From contig KZ537974.1 in assembly GCA_000934665.2 (NCBI GenBank), forward strand, positions 124,001 to 188,000: DNA of 64,000 bases. Reading direction: 5' to 3'. Positions 14,113-29,100 of the stretch are shown piece after piece (position 1 is the stretch's first letter; each line of letters opens with the position of its first letter). The notes under the pieces were generated by a model, which saw only the letters and a list, made by a program, of their open reading frames with translations, was not told where the DNA came from and searched no databases. Made by a program: the position numbers and the translations under genes. The DNA is from Catajapyx aquilonaris (Eukaryota).

Positions 14113-17100
14113 ATGCAATTGGGCACCCTAACCAAAATCCTGACCTGTTCCAGTTTGGCTTCACCACAGGGCCTCCACTGTGGGATTTCTGACTTGCTCT
14201 ATTCACGAATATGCTGAAATTGGGATCCAAGCGAGCTGGAGATTTACATAAGAGATGCGTCGGGGATAGGGGGGGGGGGGAAGAGGGGGGCAAAAAAAGT
14301 AGGGGGAAAAGCATTTTCGTATTCCTGCATCCTTGGTACAGAATGGGGATTTCGGGGGGAGACGGAAATGAGGTTGCAGGAAAAGAAGAGGCTGCCGCAG
14401 AGATGATCCTCTCTTCCATTTGATGCTGTGGTATTGTTTTATTCTCCATCCGGATAAAGGGGAAAAGAGAAGTGGAGAGGGGGAGGGGCAAGAAAGGGAG
14501 TGAAAAAAGTGTATATAGACACACCACCCTTCTTCTTCAGTAAAAAAAAGGGGGGTACTGCATGGCCCAAGGCAACATTATTTTACTTTGGACATTCGGC
14601 GTCGCTGAAGCGTAGCAAAAGTGTATCTTTTTGCCGCACTGTTTCCAGCAAGTAGCTCGCCCGTTGATTTATAGCGGCCATCTTTTTGAGCCCCCCAGAC
14701 TTTGCCATACACACCGTAACCGTATACGAGTAATGTGAGGATCTAACACAATTGGACCTCACAAAAATTCGGGACACACACAATCGGAACCAAACGAACG
14801 CACAGATAAGGCCTCCAGGTTTCAAGCGGGGGATGACTCATTTTTCACATGGTAGCGATACAAAGAGGATTAAAACCGGTCCCGCTTTTATGAAGAGTTC
14901 CTGCAAGTTGTAAACACTTTTAGGGGCTGGCGAATGGCAGCAATGATGTCGGTGGATTTTTATTGCGATGGCGCGGTGCGGATTACCCCCACTCGCTACA
15001 ACGGTGTCGATAATCCATTGTGTCCCGGAGTACCCCCCTGAAAAAAAGCAGTCGGTTACCCCAGTCGCGATTGAATCTAATTATGTGAATCGGCATATGG
15101 CCCCGCAGATTCAATTTTGTTTTAAGGCCGTCTTTTATTATCAAAGGGCCGTAATTTTAATCAATCCCCTTGTCGTTAACCGAGAGGCGTCGCTTTTGTT
15201 TGCATATGTGACACTAGGTTCTTGGGTGAATATCCTGAAGAATGGGGTTGGGTATCGTGCCCGGCAGCAGTAATTCAGTCTTTTAGCCCCCATTAGAAAG
15301 AGGGTCTTATATCGGAAGGTAAACCCGGTTGGGTTGAGAGGCTCGTGATTGATCATTTGGCGGCGAGTGCCAAATCCTGTGCTGGGCCTGGGGATATTTC
15401 GGAGGGGGGTGATTTATTGGTAAGGGGCCAGCTTGGTTCGTAGGTTTGGGGGATGAAGAGGGTGCGGGTTGGTACACATGCACATTGCTTGCATGGCAAC
15501 AGCACGACAAGGATGGCCGTGGCCTCCTTTTTTGCTGAAAAAGGCGATGTTCCATCCCGGGGAGTATCCGGTGCGGATGCCCGGAATGGGACCATCCTGC
15601 CTGTTTAATTGACCATCACGGAAGCATAACCGGAGGCTCATGTAAGAGCGGCTGTCACTCCTTACAAGGAAACATGGTTCCGGTCCCCATTTTTTCCAAC
15701 CCCCCGGAGATTTGTGGCCGCACACCAGGGTAGTGATATAAGTGGCCATAACTCAGTTGCTTAGGCGGAGTAATTTCCAGGAGGCAATCTTGTGTGACGA
15801 AGCAGGTGCGGCTAATATCCAGGTGTATGCTGATTTATTCCGGTGTCCTCTGTCTGCTTATTTACAATCAGGGCTAATAGTATTCGCATCGCCCCCAGGT
15901 GGAACCACTATTTCGGGCACATCTGGTTTTATTGCATTATTAGACCCTCTCGGCTTGGCTGGAGGGGATGGGGGGCTTGCAAGGGCCCCCCGGAACGGCT
16001 GCAGGAAAATCCGGGTGAAGTTCGTGCGAGCGCACTTTGTCCGGAGAGTAAAGAGCACTTCCCAGATTACTTGTGGCTGTGTCGCATCTCTCTCTGGGGC
16101 GTTTAAGTTTGCCTGCATCTCCCCGAGAGAAGCTGTTGCATTAAGATAAACATGATCCTACGGTTTTGGGCTAAGACGGGGGTGGAAGCCTAATTTGCAT
16201 TTGCTATGCTTTCCGCGCATTTGACTGAATCCTTCCATTTATTTATCTTACCCACATCCCCGTGCAATTATTATCTTTACGTCATGAAGTGGGCGGATGT
16301 ACAGTCTTAGAAATGCCTGGAGTTTATTCCGAAATTCTCATGCAGAAAATTCCATCGCAAAATCTTACCGCAAGTGTTTCGCAGATGGTGTACTTCATGA
16401 TGTTTGTTCGTCAGTAAATAACTGCGGCAGATGCGCTGCTCATAGCAGTAATGATAATTTGAGCTCTGAGCTGCGAAGCCTGAGACTATAGTCCTCCGTT
16501 ATAGTATATAGGGTTTGGTGTCGAGGCTGTTGGCAGCTTTTTCAGCCCCCCCTCTTTGTCTCCGAAGACGTCGTCTGGAGACGACGACTTTTCTCATCTT
16601 GTACTCGGCGCCACGAATTAATTAATGCGGACCGCCGTGACGATATTAACCCCGAGCCGGGAGATAGCGTTTAAATTCGATTTACATTGGGAGGAAATGA
16701 AGGCAGGGATTTACAGCGCGCTTGAGGTCGATGGCTGTAAATGTTTATAGTTGCCATCAAAATTTTACACGACCCAATTAGTTATCAAAATGACCTCGTG
16801 TAAATTTAACTGTGGGCTTCATTACGAGTTGGGGACGAAAGGGAGGTACATAGTGTCTCAGAGTGACACTTGACCCCATTGCACGTCATGGACCAAGTCA
16901 GGTGTTTAGTTAGCGAATTTTGACCGTAAACTGCTTATTTCTTTAAAAGTTATTTTATGGACATTATGTGCCAGTTCATTGCAATGTATAGCTCGAATAT
17001 GGACGATTTAATTAGATTTAAAATAAGCAGCTTATAGTGGCAAAATTCTGTGATACCTCAAGAAGGACCATTCAGTTCAAGCCATAATTTTCGAAACTTG

Positions 17101-20100
17101 AGTGTGACTGTCGTGGAAAAAAGGTCAAATAGTGTGTCTCCTTGTGTCCTCCTTTCAGAATAGATGGCAAGGCCCATGGCCCCGTTTTCCCCCGGACAGA
17201 CACCATGATTGATTCAGGCCTGAGTGCAAGATGCAGTTTGTCCGGAGATGAGCCGAGGATGTAAAGAATTCCGGGAGTGCTTTCAGAGACGGGGGGACCG
17301 TTTTAAATATTTGAGGCATTCCTCAGGAATTTCGGTCCTTAGAGGGAGGTGCAGCAGCCAGAGAAGATGAGAAAGTCGGTCGGGCCAGGGCCCCATAAAA
17401 GGAAGACTCGGCGGCAACTCCGCTAATGTTTCATGTGTCTGATTTGCATGACGGTGCCTAAAATTCGATTCCCTCGATTGTCGGGTGGGTAGGGTCTTCT
17501 TGTCGCCTAGAACGGGTCTAATTGCCTCTGCAGGACTTCCATCAACAGCTTGCATCTTCAAAGTCGGAATCCAGCCTTAATGGTTGACTGCCACCGTTAC
17601 TTGCAAATGATACCAACTCGCTACTGCTTGGAAGGAGGTTAATCAGCAGCTTTTATTAACTAGAATCTGTCTAGGGTGTGAGTCGGATTGGGCTACGTGA
17701 CGCTATTAGGCTGCTTGAGAGGAATTTCAGGCGTTTAGTGTACAGCGTGGACTCGCATTCGAACTTACGTTCATTGCGTTATTCCAGGAGGATGTTACCC
17801 TGGTTGGTTTTGGCGATTTCGGCTCCATTTTGGAGGAAATCGCACCAGATATGCTCAACGTGACACGAAAATGAACTATCGTAATTTAGTATATTTTGAA
17901 AAGTTATTAACCGTCATCCTCCAGGCGCTTATACTCTGTAGATTATAAATCCGGAGTGATACATGTGGTCTGAAGTAAAATTAATTCAGGCAGGTGTTAG
18001 ACCTCGTTTGCTACAGTAGCTTGACGCTACCACATTGTCTTCCCTCATTAGCTAATCTCTCGAATAACAATGGCAACCTTTCCGGGCACTCTTTTTTGCT
18101 ATTCCACACTATTTTTTGTGTGCCATCCGCCAAAATCTTGCGTGAATATCCCCACCAGTCAAGTAGAGCATGCTGTTTTCGACCCATTTTTTGATGGCGC
18201 GGTGTTGAAGAGGCAGCCTGTTTTTGATCCGAGAGTCATTTCGAACAACGCACCGACAAAAGAGACCAATGGTTGTTGTGAGGAGTGGTTGATTCATCCC
18301 AGACCACAGCTCCAGATATGCATGGCCATCAGATGTTATCATCACATTTGGTGTTGGCCGGGATATGTTGGCTCACGGCTATCAATTCCCAACGGTGTGA
18401 ACGCAAAAAATATACCAGAGAGAGAGAGAAAAAAAATGTATAATAGGTGGGCGAATAATTGGCATTCCAGTGGGAGAGGACTGGCCGCGATAAATGCAGC
18501 GCGAGCTTCCAATTTCGCCCCACACTGCATCATTTTTATTTTGCTGTGTGTGTATGTGTGTGTGAGTGTGTGGGAAGGGAGATGGAGCTGATTATGGATA
18601 TATTTCGACCCATGGGAATTTCTGCATGGGTACAGTACAGCCTGAATCAACGGGAAGGTTAGTTTTACACGTGGCGCCCCCTCAGTATTTTTAGTGCAGA
18701 ATCCGGGTCGACTTCTTTTCCGGGACAATTCCGGATGGAAAGGGGGAGGCCTGCTTTAATTGACAAGCTGCTACAGAGTGTTTACTTTGGTTCCAGTTGA
18801 GCTCATTGAAATTCATTATTATCCCCTGCTTGCAGGATGGGGGTCGGGCTTAGGGCTATGTAAATCTGGACCCCACCACCCTATTCCGGATTAAGTTAAC
18901 TTTCCCTCAGGGGGGCTTCCGGAAACGGGCTTTGACCTGGCTTGTCTTGCTTCAGAGCACTGCTGGGGTGTCAGATTTTTTGGCCATTTGTTTAGGTATG
19001 TTGATAATAATTTTGTTTAAATTTAAAATTGAGCGAGGTTGCTGATTCTTGATTGTAGGTGGCCCACTGTGGAAGTGGCATGAAATGACGGATTTTAAGG
19101 GACTAGAGCCGAGCATGTGAATTTAATTACTAAAGCATAACCGTCGGGGCTTTTTGTCCATTTAGATCGAAGCTTAAGCTGAGAGGCCTCCCACGGCGGC
19201 TCTGGCCCGAAATTATGCGAGTCGCCTCCATAAAATGGCGGCGGCAAATTCCCCTTATGCTAATATGTGCCTAATGCCCTTAATATATTAATTATCCCGG
19301 GCAATAATACTCGGCGATAGCAGCCCAGGAGGCCTCTTGCCGTGCTTTTAGTGTTAAAGGGTGATTGCGGGAGTAAATAATAGCTGCCATTATTGGGCAT
19401 CGGAGGCGTTTTGTTTGCTCTGACGTGGAGTAGCCCACTAGCTTTTTATATCCTGCTATTAGTGTCGGGTACTACCAGTTTGGGCTGTCTTTCGGTTAGG
19501 AAAATCCCCTCCGTAGCCTATAGTCGGGCTTAGGTTCCCATTACATGTGCGCCTCGCATTGCTGGGGAAATCCGCATGGATGAGCTGCACACATTTTTGC
19601 AAATTATTTTTATCCTGGCCCACTGCATTCGCTCCTTGGTGTATTATTTATATGTTGCGTAATGGCCGTATGATAATTACATGTCCAACGGACTCAGCGT
19701 CTTACCCTTTTTTTTTTTTTTGCGACATCTTGCTTGGGAGTAGATGGCATGGTGGCGATAGGACTCCTGTTAGGTACCAGAAGGCCCGAATCCGATTCCC
19801 CGGAATGTTTCCCTAGCCTGGGATCGATATGATGGAACCGAGGGATTGTGTAGGGACCTGGCCAAGAACACCTCCATCCACACCTGACAACCAGACCGCC
19901 TTATCTGCCTCCCTGGGAAATAGAGATAGTGCAAGTCTGCAATGTGGCCTAGCTAGGACTTGTTTTCCGGATCTAGGTTTTGGTGCAATGCAGCCCATTT
20001 GACGCCCCGGAAAAGGAAAGAAAAAGAAAGGGGCGTAGCAGCAGCCAGCAATCAGTGTCTTCCGTTAAGAAAAGGGAAAGCCCCTCCGGATAAAATCTCC

Positions 20101-23100
20101 GGGACGTAAAGTGCAGCCGTAAAGAAGGATGATTACGGGCCGCACTTCGCACGTTCGGTTATGTCCGATGTCGAACCGGAGCGTGTACGGACTTGAAGGC
20201 TAATCCACCTCTAGCCCCTAGAGCACGACACAGAATCCGGAACACTCCCTTGATCTGGTGTTCAAAACCGAGGGAGCTTAGGGCTGTAGCAAATCACTAC
20301 GGGTGTTACGGGTCTGGATTATACCGGAATGAAGCCTAACGATAATTCGGGCAGACAGACGACGTTAGCGTGTGTGAGATTGTCCCTTCTTCGTCGTCCT
20401 CTCCGCCTGTTTGTAATGGCGTGGAAAAGCAGACAAAGGGAAGAGGGGAGTGCAAGTGACGCCGAGTTCTGCAGGTGACATCTGGAAGGGGGAGGTCCTT
20501 CCTCCAAATCAACAGCACCCCACTTTGCATAGCGAGTGTCTTCCCCATCCGCCCCCCCCCCCAACCACCCTCTCACAGTTAGAGAGAAGCCAGTTAGTTG
20601 TGCTCAGCCTTTGGAAGCTTTGAATGCAGCCGCAAGACCCGAACCAGTGTCATCTGGGCTTAGCGCTAGAGACAAAAGGAGAAGACACTTGCGGGAAGGG
20701 AGCACTAGAGATGGATTTTGGGGAGCCTAGAAATCAGCTATCGGGAAGACTCCCACGATATTTGAATTCTTGGCATTCTTCCGGAGGACTGGGGAAAAGT
20801 TGCAGACTAACTTGGAGGAAGGTGACGGCGGTTTCACTTCCTTAGACTGGATTCCGCTTGTTTTTCTTTCGTTTTTCCTTGTTCCAGGAGACGTGTGAAT
20901 CGTGACCCACTTTTCAAAAATCGTATTTCATGCACGATCAATACGATTCCGCAACAAGCTCCGTGTGTTTTTGGAGCTGGTTTTTTTATTATTAGCAAGG
21001 CGGTAATTAATTCCCCTATTCATAAAAACAATCCCCTAGTGCACCACTCGGCTCGGAACATGGCATACTCTAAATACGCCCTATGATTTGCTTCCTTGCC
21101 CCAGAGGAAGTATGTTAATGAGTCGTGGAGTGGACTATTTACATTTAATACTGTTATGCACCTCCGCATAATTAGAGGGCATTAGGCGAAATAGCTCTCT
21201 CCCTCTCCAAAATATTAATCTGCCAGCGTTCATGGGCATGTAACCTGAATGAGCTAATGTTAATCGCAGGCCAGCTAGGTTTACATATATTGCAAGAGCT
21301 TTATGGCATTAGCTGTGTGGATAAGGAGGTTGTTTTCCCCGGCTTGATCTTTTGCGGAGTCGGAATTGAATTTTGAAATCATCGCCATGTGTCTAGTTCG
21401 TATACTGTATGTGGACAGGACGACCTAACCCAATTGGGGAAGTTTGGGCCCGAAACCGTTAGAAGAAAGCAAGCTGAGAATGGGGAAGAAGGATGAGATA
21501 TAAGGGGCCAAAAGAAAAGAGCTACCGTCTCGTTAGTACATTGTGGGTGCTTCCAATTCCTGCCGCCTCCGCCAAATGTTTCCAAAGTAATGCAATTTTC
21601 TCCGCGAATCTTGTCAAGCCTATCGAGTTGCTACAGCCGACTGGTTAGGCAAATTTGTTTAAGCGAAGAGGAACCGCAAATGGGAACCGTTCTCGTGTGG
21701 CTAAAATATTAGGCCTATTTACGTGTGGAGCTCGTCTGCGACCCGGACGTGTCCAGACTCGCAGAAGCCGCGTCCCCAATTCCCCCNCCCCCCCCCCCCC
21801 AACCAGCTCGCGATACATGTTTTCAATTTTCTCCACAATGCACGGGGAACCGGGCTTAAAATGCATTTTTGTATTCCCAAATGAGGTTTTCATCTGGGCA
21901 GAGAAAAATGTGTGTGCGGCACAATGATGGGTGCCGAGCTAGGCAGAAACACATTGACAATGGTACTGTGGGAAATAATTTTATGAAAAAAAAGAGGACC
22001 TCCGTCATTGTTGCATTATAACCGGGCAGCCCGATAATTAGCGGTCGGTCACATTTTCAAACCTGCTAATTACTGTTCAAAGCCACGTGAAAGCAAAATT
22101 AATAACACCATTATTGGCAAACAGCAGCTGGATATAACTGCGTTTAAGTGTATTTTTTTAAAAACAAATGATTGCATGAATTTAGGACTATCTACTGTGC
22201 GTGTTGTAACAGGATTTGAAGTCATAGGTGGAAAGAGGATGTGCTCTGGGCCTTGATGACCAATCCGAGCCGGTTTGGTGTTCCACGCCATGTAATTTGC
22301 AATTAGGATTTGGCGGCGTCGGAACGAGGAGGGGACTTGCTCTACTATGCCCACAAGAGAGAGAGTCTTGGAGTTTTCGTGTAGGAATGGAGGGGACATT
22401 AGTAGATTTACGCACCCTGGTTGTGCCACTAGGACTTGGTATGGGAAGGAAAATGGCCACTGTGCTGGCTTTCCCTTCATTAGCAACGCACTATGTTCAT
22501 GCGGAACATTCCACATGACGTCACACGAAAAATGGGGTGGTCCCTGGAATTATATAGCTCCAAGGGGCGTAGGTCATGGCCTGAGAGAAAAGAACCTCAT
22601 TGACTGCGCTGAAAGTGTCGTCTGTTCCTCATTACGCCGCTGGAATAATGGTGCAGCGAGCATTAGAGTTGAGTCCTCATTATGGGGTTAGGAAAGCGCA
22701 AGATGAAACCCAGGTTTCGTCGTTGTCGGTGGTAAAAATGATTCTTTCGGGGAGGAGGAGGAAGAGAGAGCTCTTGTGTCGCTCCGGGGAATCCGGAGAG
22801 AAGAGGCCTCGTCCATCATTTTCGGAGGGAACAGCGCCAACTCCAGCGGATATTTTTGCAGCTATCACTCTCCAGGCTACTGTACTTTGAAGTTTGCTTT
22901 GTTACAAGTTGAGCGAAAGAGAGAACATTATAGCGTCACAAAGTGCCCCAGTTTCGTCTCGGTTTTGGGCCGGGTTTTTTTTCCATCCAATTTGTTAGCT
23001 TCATTAATCCTCAGATCAGCAGCGGTGATTCATTTGTGGAGGTTATTATATTTTTTTACCAATTACTGCCAACAGGACAGATGTGATGATTCGGGGCGTC

Positions 23101-26100
23101 GTATATATTTCCAGGGCTTTAACAGCGCTTCCACCGCGTAATTAATGACCCGTTAATTACCTCTGAATAGCAAACAAACCGAACGGATTTCGAGTAATAT
23201 TCCGTCGCGCAATGAATGTTCGCCAATTGGCGAGCTCTGGCGACAAAGTGCCCCCGTTTCCGCTCCTTGTACCTTTTTCTCGGAGGAATTTAAATGGCGG
23301 AGAGTTTATGACAGCCGTAAATTCCGGCGCCAAAAATTGTTACGGCCATCGTTTACGCCTTTATAGCTCCGTATATCTGTTTCTTGGCCTGAAGGATATA
23401 CCGTTATCGGATGAGTCTGGACGCCATCAAAAGGGTTAAGAAAAAAATATCCTTTATTCGTGATTAATCTTTTTTTCCCTTCCGACCGACTTCAATAATT
23501 GCAATCAGAGCACGTCGTGATTAATCGTCAAGTTTTTTGAAGTGAAACTTCGTTCTGGGCCATGTTTGGAGGAAGTTGGAACGCCTGGAAGTGCAAGAGA
23601 AAGCTACGCATTAGTGGTGCACAATAGGAGAATCAGTCGCGAGGAAGGCTTGGACAGGCGAAAAGAAAATAGTTTGTCTTACTTCTTCTTTTTTAAAAAA
23701 AAAAAAAAAAGCCGAAAGAAAAACTTGAAATTTCCGGGACTAGTGGCCATCAAGTCGGAGAAGATGTTATTTTGATGCGGTAATTTGGGCGGCGGGATAG
23801 TGTTAAATTATTCGCCAGGCGCCCCTTAGAACGTGCGAAAATCTGCACTTTCTGAAGTCGCGTTTAAATATTTGGGCGCGGAAATGATGCTGGCCGCACT
23901 TTAGAAAGTTTAGCCGGCTCGGAAATTGCCGGCAGAATTGGACGAGCGCGCGCATGAAAATTTTAGCGGAAAAGCTGCAAATGACACGTGAAATCTAGCA
24001 TTCATGAGAAGAGGATATTGGGCGCTCGAATTTCGATTTAGAAAACCCCAGGACCTGTCGACTGTAGCTAGGGTATCCCTTTCCCCCCACAAAAAAAAAT
24101 AAGCCCACACCCACCGGTACCTTGACAAAATGGGTCGGGTGCCAAATAACAATCTGCATGTAAATGTGGGGCCGATTACCTTGCTGGCAGTGTTGATGGA
24201 AATAGCATCGCAAATTAGACCCCGGGTCTGCCCAGAGGCGGGTCTGGCGGTAGGGTACAAAAAGAGAACCCTCTTTCCGATAGGGTTTGGTCATGTAAAG
24301 CTTCTGCATGTGTGCCTTCCCAATTTCCAGCAAATTGCCCTCCGGTTGTTTGGCCCAAAAATTGTGGCCCCATCTCCAGTGATTGGACCCACCTTTTTTA
24401 TTTTGAGCCTATATATCCATATTCTTGAGCCTGCTCTTCAAAGAAATGTTATGCTCATTAGCACCCAAATGGGGACGATCAATTTGAATAATCCGGTCCT
24501 AAGCATGCTCGACCGATAATGCAGAGTGAAAGTAAAGGGAAGCGCAACTTCAAGTGCCAACACATATAGCGAGTGCATCCTCTCTTATCCTCCTAGCACA
24601 ACTCGAGTTAAATTTTAGTTGAGGTTGAAGCAAATGGGTTGCGAAGCGTAATCTGTGGCCTTTCATCGCCACTTAGTGAGGCTTTCAGAGCTGCCTTTAG
24701 TTGACGTCCCGCCAAAATTTCCGGGAAAAGCGTGCCCAAGGACTGAGGCCCTTTTTTAAAAAGCCGGTTCCAAAAGGCCTAGGCGCGATCCTAGAAGTGT
24801 ATGCAACCGCATGGTGCAATAGCAGCTGTAATTACACTCCCGTTTTACATGACAAAAACAGGCTAATTATTACGCACTGCAAAAATTAGCAATTCTCGGA
24901 CACGCGTAATTATAGTTTGCAGTATTATGACCCGTAAAAAATTATGCTCGCAGTTATCCCGGAATTTGTTTTCTCAATTTGCGACTAAAATCGAGTGGTG
25001 TAATGCAATTGGGTCGCTTGGCTGCCCACCTTTTATTACGTTGGCGCAACAATTAAATCAGTAAACGGATTACAATAACGTTGTTATAACAGTTGCAGTG
25101 GCCATCTCGAGGGGAAAAATAATCGCGCGGGAAAAGCGAGTTTACGTTGCGCAGCAGAGAGAGATTAATTCGCATTGTGAGGATGGTTCCCTCAATCTCA
25201 TTGGTGCTCAGGCGAGCGTGTCTCATTTCCTCGTGATTCATCACTCAAGAAGGAAGTGGGGGGCCATCAACTGTGTTATCGAAACTCGCAGACGCTCGTG
25301 TACCCCCCCACCCCTCCTCACTCTCTTCTCTCTTTTCTATCATATGCTCCTGACAAGTCGAGCAGGATAACCAAGCCAGATGGTGATTTCAGCCAACCCC
25401 TAGCTATTCCAAGATTTATTGCTGCGCATGTAAAATGCTGGCGGAGTCTAGCTTAATACACCTTCCAATATCAATATCGCAGCCTCTTATGATGGCCTCC
25501 TCTCTCTTTTTTTTCGTCTTGAAGAGTCTTTCCTTCTTCCTTGCTCTGATTCTGGTAGCAAAGGAAGGCTTTTCCAAGCCGCTGACAAAGGGACCGGTTT
25601 TTGTCCTGCGGAAGGGGAAAGAGATAAATCCCCAGTCCATTTGGGCACCTTTTTGTAGCTGGCTTTATGGGCTCTGGATTATTTTCAGAGCTGCAAGAGG
25701 ATTCTTGAGGGATTGTAAGAAGAGATGACGTCATGCGGTGGGGGAATTCGGGGTGACGTCAGAGCGGAAAATCCGTGCGGTTCTAGGCGTTGGACGGCCA
25801 TCTTGGCCCACACCCGTTTTCAATCTATTCATCAGTCACTGAAGGTGAATCGCTTGAAATGGATCAGAGTCGTGCATACTTTTCTTGCAGAAGTCTTTGG
25901 CTGTAATATGGCGTGGCGTCGATTCTCCGCTGGATTTCCCTATTGAGGAAAATGGTTTATGAGGGGGTAGGGCGTTCTAATTAGCTACAAAACTCATTAA
26001 AACGGTGAGAAACGGATTCCGTTTCAGAATTTTTGTGTCATAGATCAGACGCGAGCGATGGGTTTTGCGTCACAAAGGGGAGGGAGGGTCTCATTATTTC

Positions 26101-29100
26101 CCTCGGCATGATTTTCCATTCATGTGGTACGGTCTTTTCTGGGAGACTTGTTAGCTGGGGTAGGCAAAGTTCGGGCCTAGGAATTAATTATGGATTGTCT
26201 TATAGTCCTCCACCCCGCCCCCTTCCTCTCCTCCCATTGTAATTATATCTGTTCAAAGACGTCTGAAATTACAGCTGTCATGTTCAGGGCGGGCCCGAGA
26301 TCAACTTCTCGTTACAGCACAAGCGAGCCTGGGTTTTGCCAACGGCTGATGAGGTCCACCAATCCGATGCTGAAATAACATGCCGTTTAACTGCCCAATT
26401 AAGCCGTCTGCCTTGCCCTCGTTAAGTGGATGCAGCCAGCAACTGCATTTTCCACTATGTATTCTGAGCCATGAAACTGAACGCCATTTTGGGATCCTCG
26501 CTTATGTTATACACACTAGCAAGGCAATGAGTCCGAAATGATCTTGAAAAATGTGTCAAATCTGTATCTCCTCGACGCAATTATTATTTGCATGGAGCTG
26601 ATATTTGATCCAACTCCCGAGTGCGTATTGTCATGTTTGACAATGTGAAACGCAATACTGACCTACATCGCATGCTGACTCGTCCATTTGGCGCGCAACA
26701 CGAGCCAGCCCCCCCACCCTTCTTTTCTGTGTTGGGCTTGTCGTTTCCAAGCCGACGTTCCCCTGGCGTGACATTTTCTATCCGAGTAATTACAGGGAGA
26801 TAATTTGTTGGGCTTGTATAGTTGCGTTTCCAGCAACCCCTCCGTTTTTTTCCCGTCGGCCATATTTTCTGCCAGCTTCATGAGCTCTGATAACGCGCAA
26901 CAGAAACCCATGGAGTAATTTGAACAACCCTTCCAGTTTTCGTGCTTATGAAAACCAAATCATACAATGCATGTTGAGGTCACACGAGATTGAAATTTAT
27001 CACTGGAGGTACAATAGAGCCTTCAAGTTGTACCTGTCGCATTTACTGTTCTTCGTGTTCATACCTGGTACAGTAGAGGACGAAAACCTTCGGTTAGACG
27101 AGCTTGTTGAAGGGGTTTGTTTGTGTGTGAGACGCGTCTCCGGAGTGGTCCAGGCAGTTGACTTGCAATCAAGAGGAGGGGATCTTTGTTGTCGCGGGTC
27201 TGGTGGTGGTGGATGGGGAGAGGGGGTTTGCGGAAATCAGGCCAAAGTGGAATCTCCGGGCCCAATCTGGTTGATGGCGTCCGTAGGGATTGATCCGGGC
27301 TGACTTTTCCTCTCTTCTCGCATGCAAGTCAGCAAGGAAGGCCCAAGGACGCTGAATGACATAGACACGCTTTTTTTTCACTTTTCAGGCAAAGGCTTCA
27401 ATGCGCATGAGAAGTGTCTTCGTTACTACCAAGACTTGAGACTGCCAATTTTTTTTACTTTCTTCCTCCCCACCCCCCTCAACCCCACAAACAACGGGCT
27501 CCTTCTATTTTCTCGAGTTTGACGAGTGGGGAGTAGAGCACTAAAAGCTAGTCGAGGACAATTCGACCGAGGGTCCTAAAGCAACAAGGAAGTGGAGTGA
27601 CATTGGCGAGATCACTTTATCTCGCTCGGGATGGGCCACTTTTTTTTTCATCTGGAGGCGCTTCTTTTGGGCTTCTTCCCTGCCATAATTAATGCATCAA
27701 ATGCCTCCCGCAGTGGCTATGCCTTGGCTTTAAGGGCCCACTTTGGAGCACCGAGACCTTCGCATCCTTAAGTAATATCCGAGCTGGGTAGGGGGAGAAA
27801 AAAGTGAAATTGAAAAGAGGATGCAGTTTCTTTTAGGGGGGGGGGGGGCAATTTAATAGGTTAGAGCAGAATAGCGGTTCGATCAGTGAAGGTGGATATT
27901 CCGCTTAAAATTGTTTAAAAATAGTAAAACTGTATGCTACAAGTGAAGGCGGATGCGGTTTGCAAATTCTGATGCTGCATTTTTCCCATGAGCGGCCAGT
28001 GGTACTCACTCGAAATGAATTACATGCTTAATTGACGGTGCAGTTTACATGAAATGATATATTCAATAGGGAACCGTGCGGGCTGTAGGAAAAAAAATTT
28101 GGCGGGTTAAAAACATTTTTTCGTCCACATTGTGGTAGATCAAGTTAGTCACAACCTTCATATGTCCAGTTACACGTTTGGTGTTGGCAGCCATATGGAG
28201 CTATGTGAGGGCTGATGCCACCAGACAGAATGGTTTTCATTTATTGGCAATTCATTAAATCGGAATTTCAGGCCCTCCCCTTTTCATCCGATATGAGCGG
28301 CACCGCATTTGGATTTGATTCAATGGAGCCTTTGTACGAGTGTGCGATCTTGTCGCTAAATGATGGCCCTTTTTTGCTCTCATTTATGACGGAAGCGCTA
28401 ACTGCGAGCGGGCCAGATCGTTGCGAAACACCACGAACGAATTCAACGTGATCAGAATGCTTAAAATGTACTGTGTAACCCACTATTCGAAGGCAATAAT
28501 CTTGCTGCAGAGTCGTCGTTACTCAGGAAATTGAAGGCTCGTATTTGTTACTGAAATTGGAATTTAAGCTGAAAACTTGCTATGTGTATTATTGCATAAA
28601 CAATGATGAAATGCACTTAGCGCATGAAGTTACACACTTAACTTTAATACATCAAAACAGCCATGACATCAACCAAAATTAATTTCAGCGTATAATGTTA
28701 CGCATTTAGTGTCACATAATATAAACAAGCGTTTGATGTGCAAATGTGTGGAATAATACGCTTACCAAGTTTTAAGTGCAATATTCCATGGGCGATTTCC
28801 CACATCACAGAAAGCTAAGAACTAAACCGCATTCATGCAGTCCTATATCATTCACACGCATATTCACTTTTAGCCCCCCCAAAAAAATTTCAACAAAGAG
28901 CAGCCTGTATAAGCCCGCACAGATTTAGTTGACTAGTTGTCCGAAAATGAGCCCACAAAAGTAAATCTCCGGTCTCGTTTTGCAACCAAGCCTTTGAATC
29001 CAAGTTCCACCAACTGTNCCCCCCCCCACTTGACCCGCCCCAAGTGGTTGTTTGCTTATGCACTTGGCAGAACACAGGCCAAAATTCCCATTCCACTCCC

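Noticed and set aside
14027..14527. ORF ending in a poly-Asn tract
   Set aside because: The poly-Asn is the (TAT)n microsatellite read on the minus strand; the rest is low complexity.
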